From: a virus
Taxonomy: Duplodnaviria > Caudoviricetes
DNA length: 53,498 nt
Strand: one strand, 5' to 3'
IMG/VR virus record: IMGVR_UViG_3300046820_000692
Span: 1-53,498 of that record
Positions 40,086 through 47,819 of the stretch are shown here, in pieces. A program made the position numbers and the translations under genes. How positions within the stretch are numbered: the first letter of the stretch is position 1; each line of letters opens with the position of its first letter. The notes beneath the pieces were generated by a model that was not told where the DNA came from, did not search any database, and saw only the letters and a program-made list of their open reading frames with translations.

Positions 40086-41375
40086 TTACACGTTAGGTTG
40101 TAACACAACGTCAGTTGCTTGCTCTTCGTCAGTTGTAATTGCAATTCCAAATGCAGTAGCAAAGTCTGCAGCAGTTGATAATGCAGTTGAAGAACTACCG
40201 AAGAATACTTTCAAAGTGTTAATTTCACCTGCACGAGCAATACCAGTAGAAGCTGGCCAGTCATGCTTGTATTGAATTTCCAACATATCATATGCATATC
40301 CAGGTTGAGCATAATCAACTTGTGGAGTTGCAAAATACATACGGTTGAAGTTACCATAACGAGCACGTTGAGATTTCTCTGCAGAAATAACTTGAGTGTA
40401 GTTAGTACCAGGAGTAAAACGAGTTGCAGCAACTGTTCCCGGAGGTGTTGCAGTTCCATCAGAGTACTGAGCAATCAAATCAAATTCAACACCTTGGTGA
40501 CGTGCAGTCAAAGCTAAAGTAGCTGAACTAGTAGCGTTGTAAGAGAAGATAGAACTCAAAGTTGGGTTAGCCAAAATTGCAGCTTTAGCAAAATCACAAG
40601 CAGCAGTAGCACTAGCAGTGTTAACACCAGCTGGGATTTCGATGTTGAAGATCATACGACCTGCAGCAAAGTTACCAACCAATGGGAATACTTTAGGAAC
40701 GTTTGGAAGACCAGATGTACCAATAACATCCAAGTTAAGGTTGTTAGGGTTAGCAAAAGACTCGTAGCTAGTAGGAGCAGTACGAAGTGCAATACGAAGC
40801 ATTACGTTCTTGGTAGTAACCATAGCAGTACCACCTGCAGGGTTCCAAGTTTGAATTGGATGTTGTTGAACGTCAGATGCAAAACCGTTGTAGTTAATAC
40901 GAACGATGTTAGCTACATCAATGATTGGAGTAGAGATAATGTTACCCAAAGTAGATTGAGTAAATTGAACTCTTCTCAAGTCTGTCAAACCAGCTACAGT
41001 ATACGATCCCCCAGATACTGCTGCAGTAGCAGTCAGAGCTGCCCCAGACAAATCAGTTGTAGGTGCAGCTGATAATACAAACTGTGTAGCGTTAGTTATG
41101 CTACTAACAGTTGTACCTCCAGGAATTACTCCTGCTCCAGCAGTTTTAACAACAGTCATTCCTGCAACCAATCCAGCAGTGCTTGTTACAGTAACTGTAG
41201 TTCCAAGGCTAGTAGTAGAAGCATTAGCTAAGTTAATTGAAGTTATACCTGCATCAATGTTCCAGATACCAAATCTGCTAGCATTAGCAGTTGCTGCAGA
41301 AGTGTTAAAATTACTTCCAGTTAACATACTTACGTTGTTAACTACAAATACTTGATTTAAATTAGACGGTCCCAT
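40086..41375 (-). CDS. Putative auxiliary capsid / decoration protein
   Basis: 429 aa, Thr/Ala-rich; followed by its own terminator, suggesting an abundant product; located three genes after MCP as in crAss-like phages. Confidence 0.55.
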   Translation of the reverse strand: MGPSNLNQVFVVNNVSMLTGSNFNTSAATANASRFGIWNIDAGITSINLANASTTSLGTTVTVTSTAGLVAGMTVVKTAGAGVIPGGTTVSSITNATQFVLSAAPTTDLSGAALTATAAVSGGSYTVAGLTDLRRVQFTQSTLGNIISTPIIDVANIVRINYNGFASDVQQHPIQTWNPAGGTAMVTTKNVMLRIALRTAPTSYESFANPNNLNLDVIGTSGLPNVPKVFPLVGNFAAGRMIFNIEIPAGVNTASATAACDFAKAAILANPTLSSIFSYNATSSATLALTARHQGVEFDLIAQYSDGTATPPGTVAATRFTPGTNYTQVISAEKSQRARYGNFNRMYFATPQVDYAQPGYAYDMLEIQYKHDWPASTGIARAGEINTLKVFFGSSSTALSTAADFATAFGIAITTDEEQATDVVLQPNV

Positions 41376-41412
41376 TTTTTTAATTTTTAGGGGTTAAACA
41401 CACATTATTTAA

Positions 41413-42549
41413 TTATTCACTCTCAAATGTTTCCATTGTTTGAGTTTGATACCTTGGGTCTTGAATACCTTCCAGTATACTTTTTACAGCCATCTCAACT
41501 ATTTCATGGTGAGTGTGAACAGCTAATTCACAACCTACTCCATTAGTATATGAGATTTCTACAGGTTTCCGAATGTATTTTATTTTAACACTCGGTACTA
41601 CAAATTCTTGATCGGTGTAAACATCGATGTAATTTTCTTCAATTGTATATGTTGGCTCTTTGTACCAAGCTCTATTGAATGGATCGTCCATCATATACAG
41701 AATATCGTCATGTTGTCCAAATGATGCTAGAGATATTCTATAGCTTCCTGTTGGATACGTTCTAGTTGTCTTAGTAATTGTTTCAGTTACAGCATGTTGC
41801 AAATAAATTGCACTTGCCATGTTTCCTGGTAAAATCCAAGTTGATTGTACTGAAACAGGATTTCCACTTCCCCAAATTGTACCGTCCCAAGAGTTATTAA
41901 CTAAATAAACTTGGTTGCTATCTAAGTATGGGTTTTGTTGAGAAGTTGCCCCAGCTGTTCCTTCAGGGAAAGACATTGCAGGTCTTATACCGAAGTTATA
42001 GTTGTTGCTATCATACAGCTGATCTGTTGTAATAGTTTCCCCGATAGGAAGATTCATTATTCCTTCCCATTCTGCCATTGAACTGCTCCATCTGTCAAAG
42101 GTAGTTAATACATACCCAGGTGCAGGAGGAGTTAAATCAATTCTAACACCACTTACTACGTTAGTTTGTGGTACTATTAAGCTTTGAATGTTTACATTAC
42201 ATGTGTAATAAACATTAGCTCTTACTGATATTAAAAACAAATAGTCTAGTGGCAGGGTATACCTGTCCACATAGACATTTGAATAATTTGAAGTATAGAC
42301 AAGACCTTCACTTGCAGTAGCACCTGAGTTTTCTACTAATAAGTTACGAAGATCGTCTATTCTTTTCTGTGACTGCTCGAAACCTTTCCCCAAACGATTA
42401 GACGTGTAGTTGAATCTTTGCTTGATGAATCTCATCATAGCAAGGTTTAACTCATGGTCTATCTCCTGAGGTAACAAGTTATCAACCTGGAAGGATGCAA
42501 TTTTTTGCACCCCTTGGTTGACAGCTATATGCATTTCGTTAACAGTCAT
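41413..42549 (-). CDS. Head-tail adaptor / ring protein
   Basis: 378 aa. MTVNEMH......QKIAS......PQEID..LN.A...FIKQR...GFEQSQKRIDDLR.L...LP.DYLF...YIRKP......CEL..HTH.EIV.MAV. Confidence 0.7.
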   Translation of the reverse strand: MTVNEMHIAVNQGVQKIASFQVDNLLPQEIDHELNLAMMRFIKQRFNYTSNRLGKGFEQSQKRIDDLRNLLVENSGATASEGLVYTSNYSNVYVDRYTLPLDYLFLISVRANVYYTCNVNIQSLIVPQTNVVSGVRIDLTPPAPGYVLTTFDRWSSSMAEWEGIMNLPIGETITTDQLYDSNNYNFGIRPAMSFPEGTAGATSQQNPYLDSNQVYLVNNSWDGTIWGSGNPVSVQSTWILPGNMASAIYLQHAVTETITKTTRTYPTGSYRISLASFGQHDDILYMMDDPFNRAWYKEPTYTIEENYIDVYTDQEFVVPSVKIKYIRKPVEISYTNGVGCELAVHTHHEIVEMAVKSILEGIQDPRYQTQTMETFESE

Positions 42550-42562
42550 TGACTAGTTAGTT

Positions 42563-43369
42563 TTAGTGTTGTACTTCTTTCAAACGAGCTCTCATAGTAT
42601 TCACTGCTCCAGAGTTCTTCTTGTTTTTGAAGTAGATGATTGTATCCTTAATATCCTCTCCCAAAGTCTCGTCTTCAAAGATAACTTGATTTCCGATTCT
42701 TCTAAGCACAGATTGCTCAATCATTTCTTCAATTTCTGCACGTAGTTCTAGATCTGCATCTAAAGCATAACGTAAGAATCTTTCTGGACTAGCTTCTTTA
42801 AGCTCGTACAAATTGTTTTCGAGTTCAATTTCAGACAATCTTGAAGGATCTCCTGAAGTTAATACTCTTGTAATTGCTCTCATCTTGTCGAAGTTTCCAG
42901 TAAGCTTGATAAATTCCTTATCAGCATCCTTTTTAACTTGGACTCTAGCATGTTTCTTCAACAAGTCTTTAGCTGGATCGTAGATGTAGAATCTCTTTTC
43001 AGAGTTGCTTCTCATCTCTTCCTCGTTTGCTGCAACTTGTCTATGCTTTCTACACCATTGGTAATGAATAAAATCCATTACATTCTCCGGCATTCCATTT
43101 TCATCTGTGTCAATATTTAGCTCAACTCCTTCGAAAGGAACTTTTAATGCTAAACTTGCCCAGAAGTCTTTGGTCTTCTCTGGCCATTTCTCATGTCCAG
43201 GTGGTACGTCAATTACTTTTGCAAGAATTTTGTTTTCTTCTTCTCCATCCAATCCTTTGAGTGGCTGACGGTTCACATAAATTGAACCGATTTTGATCTT
43301 TGCTCCTGCTCGGATCTCTTTTGGTAAGTGGTTTAAAACCTCTAACCTTCTGATAATAACTGTCTTCAT
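42563..43369 (-). CDS. Conserved crAss-like protein encoded directly after MCP
   Basis: 268 aa, charged; position downstream of MCP; function unknown. Confidence 0.6.
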   Translation of the reverse strand: MKTVIIRRLEVLNHLPKEIRAGAKIKIGSIYVNRQPLKGLDGEEENKILAKVIDVPPGHEKWPEKTKDFWASLALKVPFEGVELNIDTDENGMPENVMDFIHYQWCRKHRQVAANEEEMRSNSEKRFYIYDPAKDLLKKHARVQVKKDADKEFIKLTGNFDKMRAITRVLTSGDPSRLSEIELENNLYELKEASPERFLRYALDADLELRAEIEEMIEQSVLRRIGNQVIFEDETLGEDIKDTIIYFKNKKNSGAVNTMRARLKEVQH

Positions 43370-43442
43370 TTTTTTTATTGTTCTTTTTGTTTTAGTAAGT
43401 ATTAGGGGAAAGAATAACCTAATATTTTAAAGCTATAAAGAT

Positions 43443-43474
43443 AAAAAGGAGCAGGCAGAACCTGCCCCTTTTTT
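43443..43474 (-). terminator. Rho-independent terminator after the major capsid gene
   Basis: Minus strand AAAAAAGGGGCAGG-TTCTG-CCTGCTCCTTTTT, about 20 nt after the MCP stop. Confidence 0.85.
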
Positions 43475-43493
43475 AGTGCAAACCAAACACAAA

Positions 43494-44915
43494 TTACGAT
43501 GCAATACACTTAAGATCTAAGCTTGTATCGAAACGACGAAGTAAGATACCAGCAGTCTTAAGCATATGAACAGATGCACCGTCTATATCACTAGCACGGC
43601 TATCGTTAGCAGTAAATCCTTTTGGAACTACTGAACCAGCAACACACCAACGAAGTAACTCACGACCTTTTTTATTGATCATTTGCAAGTTGTTTTCTCC
43701 GTCATAAGTTGATTGGTCAACGAATACCATACGGTAAGATTCAAGTGGAAGACCTGATACTGGGTGCTTCATAGAAGCTTGAGCAACAGGACCGTGATCA
43801 AACAAGTGAGACTTAACTACATTCACTGAGTAACCATCAACGTGTTGGTAGCTAGTGAAGTAACCGGTGATTCCCAAGTTACGACCAGATCCAGTGATGA
43901 AGTATGGTTGAGTTGTTTGTAGGAAAGTGTTAGCACCATAGTAAGACTTAAGAGCTTTGTCAAACTCACGAGCTCCACCAATACCAGTGTAAAGGGTAAC
44001 TTGCTTGTCTGTAGCATCAGTCATACCATAGAACAAATCTCCAATTGTTTCTTCAAGTTTAGTTTGAGTCAACGTAGAGTAAGTGTCTTTGTTGATGATT
44101 TGCTCAAGAAGACCAGGACCTGAAATAACTGGCTGACCGTTCTCATCCAACATGGTAGAAGTACCAGATGAATCATGAGTTTTTTGACCGTACCAGTAGT
44201 ACATTTCACACTCTTCTTTGAACTTCAACATGTGACGGTACTCTTCGTAATCCATCCACAACTTAGTTTTGCTACCTTCTTTCAAAGGAAGTTCGAATTG
44301 TGCAACATAGTCTTTAGCATTTCCAGAGAAGTGGTAAGACTTACGGATAGTTCCAATCTTAGAACGAACTAAACCTGGAGCAGTCCAGTTAGAAGCATTT
44401 CCACGAGAGAAATCTACACCTACGTTAGCATACAATTGACCCCAAAGAGCACCAGCAGTTACATCAGCCAAAGGAACGTTAGCAACGTCAGGAGATACAA
44501 TTTTCAAAGTATACTTCCAACCAGCTCCGTCAATTACAGGCTCATCCATGATACGTGCCAATACACCTGATTGAGAAACAAGAGTGTAAGGGAATACAAA
44601 CCATTTGTCTGGGAAAGTGATGAAGAATGGAGCTCCACCTGCACCAGCAGCTGCACCCAATCCAACAACAACAGGACGAACATTAATTTCGTGTGTTTTA
44701 ACACGGTACTCATACTCGAAACGATCGATAGATTTAGTGTTTCCAACACCTTCAGTTAAGAAAGACAATGGGAACTTTTTCTCTTCACGACCTGCTAAGT
44801 GAGTAATAATAGGAGACAACTCCTCTGGACGTTCCATAAGTGCATTAACCAACGAGTTAGTGTCGGTCATTTGACTATCATTATAGTACGTCTTTAAAAC
44901 TTGCATTACTGACAT
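43494..44915 (-). CDS. Major capsid protein (crAss-like, HK97 fold)
   Basis: 473 aa. TDTNSL, IRKSY.FSGN, E......Y.YG, G.GLLEQI, YTG.GG..EF.KAL, HPVSGLPLESYRM.F.D; follows the scaffold-like gene and precedes a terminator. Confidence 0.88.
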   Translation of the reverse strand: MSVMQVLKTYYNDSQMTDTNSLVNALMERPEELSPIITHLAGREEKKFPLSFLTEGVGNTKSIDRFEYEYRVKTHEINVRPVVVGLGAAAGAGGAPFFITFPDKWFVFPYTLVSQSGVLARIMDEPVIDGAGWKYTLKIVSPDVANVPLADVTAGALWGQLYANVGVDFSRGNASNWTAPGLVRSKIGTIRKSYHFSGNAKDYVAQFELPLKEGSKTKLWMDYEEYRHMLKFKEECEMYYWYGQKTHDSSGTSTMLDENGQPVISGPGLLEQIINKDTYSTLTQTKLEETIGDLFYGMTDATDKQVTLYTGIGGAREFDKALKSYYGANTFLQTTQPYFITGSGRNLGITGYFTSYQHVDGYSVNVVKSHLFDHGPVAQASMKHPVSGLPLESYRMVFVDQSTYDGENNLQMINKKGRELLRWCVAGSVVPKGFTANDSRASDIDGASVHMLKTAGILLRRFDTSLDLKCIAS

Positions 44916-44943
44916 GATTCTTAGTTTTTAAAGTTAATTTGCG

Positions 44944-46077
44944 TTATTTTTCAAACAGCCTCTTTACATCCAGTTGGTCTGGATCAAATGTTTTTATTTT
45001 TCCTTTCTCAGCCTTTCCGAAATTCTTAATTCTTTCTTGATTGCTTTGAATTTTTTGTCTTAAGTTTTGAGCACTTGCTGTCTTAACTTTTGTTGAGATA
45101 ATATCACTCAACTGTAGTTTCTTATACATCAAGTAGTCCAATGCTAATTTAGCTTCCATTTCTGCAGAAGCATAGTCAACGTCTCTTTTAGTACGTCCCT
45201 GCTTATCTACAGGCTTAGAGATGTAGTCAAAGAATTTTGCTTTTTCACGATCTGGAATTTTAATCCCAGCAAATTCTTTTCCTTGCTCAATTGTAGCTGC
45301 AACATTCTCCCAAAACTCTTCAGTTTGCTCTTGTTGTTGCTTTTGCAATTCTCTTTGACGAGCTACAATCTCTTCTCTTTCTTTAGCTTGTCCAGCTGCA
45401 AGATGTTTTTGAGCATTCAAAGCTCTGTCGTATAATTTACCAGAGTCTTCGTAATCCTCAATCATATCTTTGATGAAATCATCATCATGTCCTTTCTCTC
45501 TTAAGTATTCCGTTAAGAAACCTTTTTGAGTTCTAGCATCATCTCTGTCAATTTCAACTTGGCTATAATCCAATGCTGGATTGTAAGTTTGGAAGAATTT
45601 GTCAGGATCTCCACCAGCAAGAACATAATCAAGATGTTTCTGTACAGTAGGGAACTGCTCAAACAATGCTTGAAGTTGATCTTCTGCAATCTCTTTAGCA
45701 ACGTCTTTAGTAAATTCTGCTAACCCTTCTTCAGTATCAGCATACTCTTTATCTAATTCGTAGCCTAAAGCTTTTGCAATTGAATCTGTGATAGAACCTT
45801 CACCGTCATCCTCAATGTCATCATCATCTACTTCATCATCAGAGTCATCAAAGACTCCTTTCTTAGTAGACGATTTACGAGGTGCAGGATCATTGTCCTC
45901 ATCATCTTCATCATCATTGTTATTATCATCGATGTCGTCATCTTGATCTTCAAGATCGTCATCATTTTCAATGTTTTCAGCTTTATCCTCTTTTGGATCA
46001 GCTGCCTCAAGACCATCACCAATAAAGTCGTCGAAAGTGATGTCTGAGAAATCTAATTTGTCGTTTGGTTTACTCAT
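44944..46077 (-). CDS. Acidic scaffold-like protein
   Basis: About 377 aa from ATG 46077. Very Asp/Glu-rich N-terminus and coiled-coil C-terminus; immediately upstream of MCP. Confidence 0.65.
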   Translation of the reverse strand: MSKPNDKLDFSDITFDDFIGDGLEAADPKEDKAENIENDDDLEDQDDDIDDNNNDDEDDEDNDPAPRKSSTKKGVFDDSDDEVDDDDIEDDGEGSITDSIAKALGYELDKEYADTEEGLAEFTKDVAKEIAEDQLQALFEQFPTVQKHLDYVLAGGDPDKFFQTYNPALDYSQVEIDRDDARTQKGFLTEYLREKGHDDDFIKDMIEDYEDSGKLYDRALNAQKHLAAGQAKEREEIVARQRELQKQQQEQTEEFWENVAATIEQGKEFAGIKIPDREKAKFFDYISKPVDKQGRTKRDVDYASAEMEAKLALDYLMYKKLQLSDIISTKVKTASAQNLRQKIQSNQERIKNFGKAEKGKIKTFDPDQLDVKRLFEK

Positions 46078-46082
46078 AGATA

Positions 46083-46154
46083 CAAAGTTATTACTTGTTT
46101 TCAATCAAAAAGCATAAATTTTATTTTTATACTTTGCTTTATTATATCACACTC
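46083..46154 (-). promoter_or_regulatory. Putative late promoter cassette (17-bp motif + TAACTTTG box)
   Basis: GAGTGTGATATAATAAA (46138-46154), 47-nt spacer, TAACTTTG (46083-46090), 5 nt, ATG. Confidence 0.65.
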
Positions 46155-47388
46155 GTCGTTTTCTGCCTACACAAGTGTAACATATTGGGCCTCCTAATTT
46201 TTTAAAAGTAGGTTTATAGTTAGGCCCGTATTTATCCCACCCTTTTAAAAATCTTTGGTATTCTTCTTCCTCTGTATTATGCTTTGCAGATCCTGCTTTA
46301 TTATATACATTGTAATGATAGTTAAATACTTCCTTAGGGTTATTTGGATTTGGTTCTCCTAATTTACTTGTTTCTTTATAATATAACTTAGAAGCTAAAA
46401 GAGCTGCTTTAGGATCATCTTCTCTTAGAGCTTTTTCTAATTGCTGCCTGTTATTGTATCCGTTTCTTTCTAGTATATCTAAGACCTCTTTCTGCTTTGT
46501 CATATATCTACCTTTATCTCCTTTCGGAATATAGAAGTCATCTAAAGCAGTTTTATCTAACGACATAAAAGAATTTGTGTACCTTCGATTGTAGGCTTTT
46601 GGATTATTTCCATATGTACTTTCCATCCAGGCTGTCATTCTCATAGGAACTTCTGCCCCTGGTTTAAATGTTGGATCATGATACTTTAAGTATTCTATTC
46701 CATAGTCTATCTGATCTTGCTTATTAAGATTTTTCCAATCGTAATTTGCTAATTCATTTTGTTTATTTCGAATAGCTTCATCAGCAACTTTATTTGTTAA
46801 TTCTGAGACTACTGGAATTTTTTGAAAACTTTCAGGAATTACTTGTTTTTTTATGTTCTCAGTGAGACCTTTTATATCATTAAAAGTTGATTTGTTTTTA
46901 CCATACCCCCAATTAGATGCTTTATATTCTTCTATAGAATTATGGCCCATAGCTTTTGCTTTTGCAAATAGTTCTGGATTTTCACTAAATTTTATAGCAT
47001 CTTCAATTGGACCTCCTTCTTTATACTTAAATCCACCAGTAGCAAATATAGCTCTGCCTTGATTGGGACCTGATTGCCCTGATACCATACCCATTGGAGA
47101 ATTCTGTGATTGAACTCCTATTGGAGCAGGAGGCTGTGGAGGAGTAAAGTTAGGGGCAGGAGTTGGGGAACTAGGAATAGCAGGTATTTGTGGACCCTGC
47201 TGCATCTGTTGTTGAGGCATTTGCATAGGCATTTGCTCTTGCTGCATTTGCTGCAATTGCATTTGCTGCTCATATTCTCCAATTAAATCTTTACCTTGGT
47301 TGTAGTTAGCAAAGACATCTAATATGCTGCCAGGATATCCAACAGCTCTTGCTCTATACAGTAGCTCTTTCCTAGTAGCGTTATCCAT
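46147..47388 (-). CDS. Putative internal virion protein with Gln/Met/Pro-rich N-terminus and lysozyme-like domain
   Basis: 413 aa. QQMQ repeats and Pro-rich linker; MTAWMESTYG...DDPKAALLASKLYY...YHYNVYN resembles a lysozyme-superfamily core; C-terminal CYTC. Confidence 0.5.
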   Translation of the reverse strand: MDNATRKELLYRARAVGYPGSILDVFANYNQGKDLIGEYEQQMQLQQMQQEQMPMQMPQQQMQQGPQIPAIPSSPTPAPNFTPPQPPAPIGVQSQNSPMGMVSGQSGPNQGRAIFATGGFKYKEGGPIEDAIKFSENPELFAKAKAMGHNSIEEYKASNWGYGKNKSTFNDIKGLTENIKKQVIPESFQKIPVVSELTNKVADEAIRNKQNELANYDWKNLNKQDQIDYGIEYLKYHDPTFKPGAEVPMRMTAWMESTYGNNPKAYNRRYTNSFMSLDKTALDDFYIPKGDKGRYMTKQKEVLDILERNGYNNRQQLEKALREDDPKAALLASKLYYKETSKLGEPNPNNPKEVFNYHYNVYNKAGSAKHNTEEEEYQRFLKGWDKYGPNYKPTFKKLGGPICYTCVGRKRRV

Positions 47389-47393
47389 AAGAT

Positions 47394-47819
47394 TTATGAT
47401 AAGAATTTAAGCTTATACTTAGCTGAGTTTAAAGTAGACTTAATAGCATCTAAATCATTTACAATTTCTGTGTAAGGCACAGCATCTTGTAATTTAGAAA
47501 TTTTAGAATGAAGTTCTTCAATGTAACTAATTGCTTCTTTAACACTTGACATTGCAGGGGCACAAACATTTGCTGGCATATCTGCAGGATACTTTGGGAT
47601 CTCTCCAGTTGCACCTTGATAGCCTTCTGCAATATTATCTGCAAGTCCTGGCAATGCATCATACAATTCGTTAAGGGCTTTATGGGCAGCATAGCTTCCA
47701 GGTCCTGTAATTGTTAAGTGTAGGATGTGGAACTTAGTCGATGCATCCATTAATTCTACTACTAAGCCTGGCACGGTTACTTTACCTTTAGCTGAGGCTA
47801 CTTTGTCCATGTACTTCAT
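47394..47819 (-). CDS. Ferritin/Dps-like four-helix protein (DUF5856-like)
   Basis: 141 aa; HILHL....SYAAHKALNELYD.....D.IAEGYQG ferroxidase-like ligands and C-terminal YKLKFLS. Confidence 0.78.
   Translation of the reverse strand: MKYMDKVASAKGKVTVPGLVVELMDASTKFHILHLTITGPGSYAAHKALNELYDALPGLADNIAEGYQGATGEIPKYPADMPANVCAPAMSSVKEAISYIEELHSKISKLQDAVPYTEIVNDLDAIKSTLNSAKYKLKFLS

Noticed and set aside
43400-43424. TATTAGG/CCTAATA inverted repeat in the leader of the 268-aa gene as an ncRNA or riboswitch
   Set aside because: Only a 7-bp AT-rich stem with no recognisable family features; at most a leader hairpin.
45800-45970. TCA/TCG-rich tract as a tandem repeat or CRISPR-like array
   Set aside because: It encodes the poly-Asp/Glu stretch of the scaffold-like protein; there is no repeat-spacer structure.
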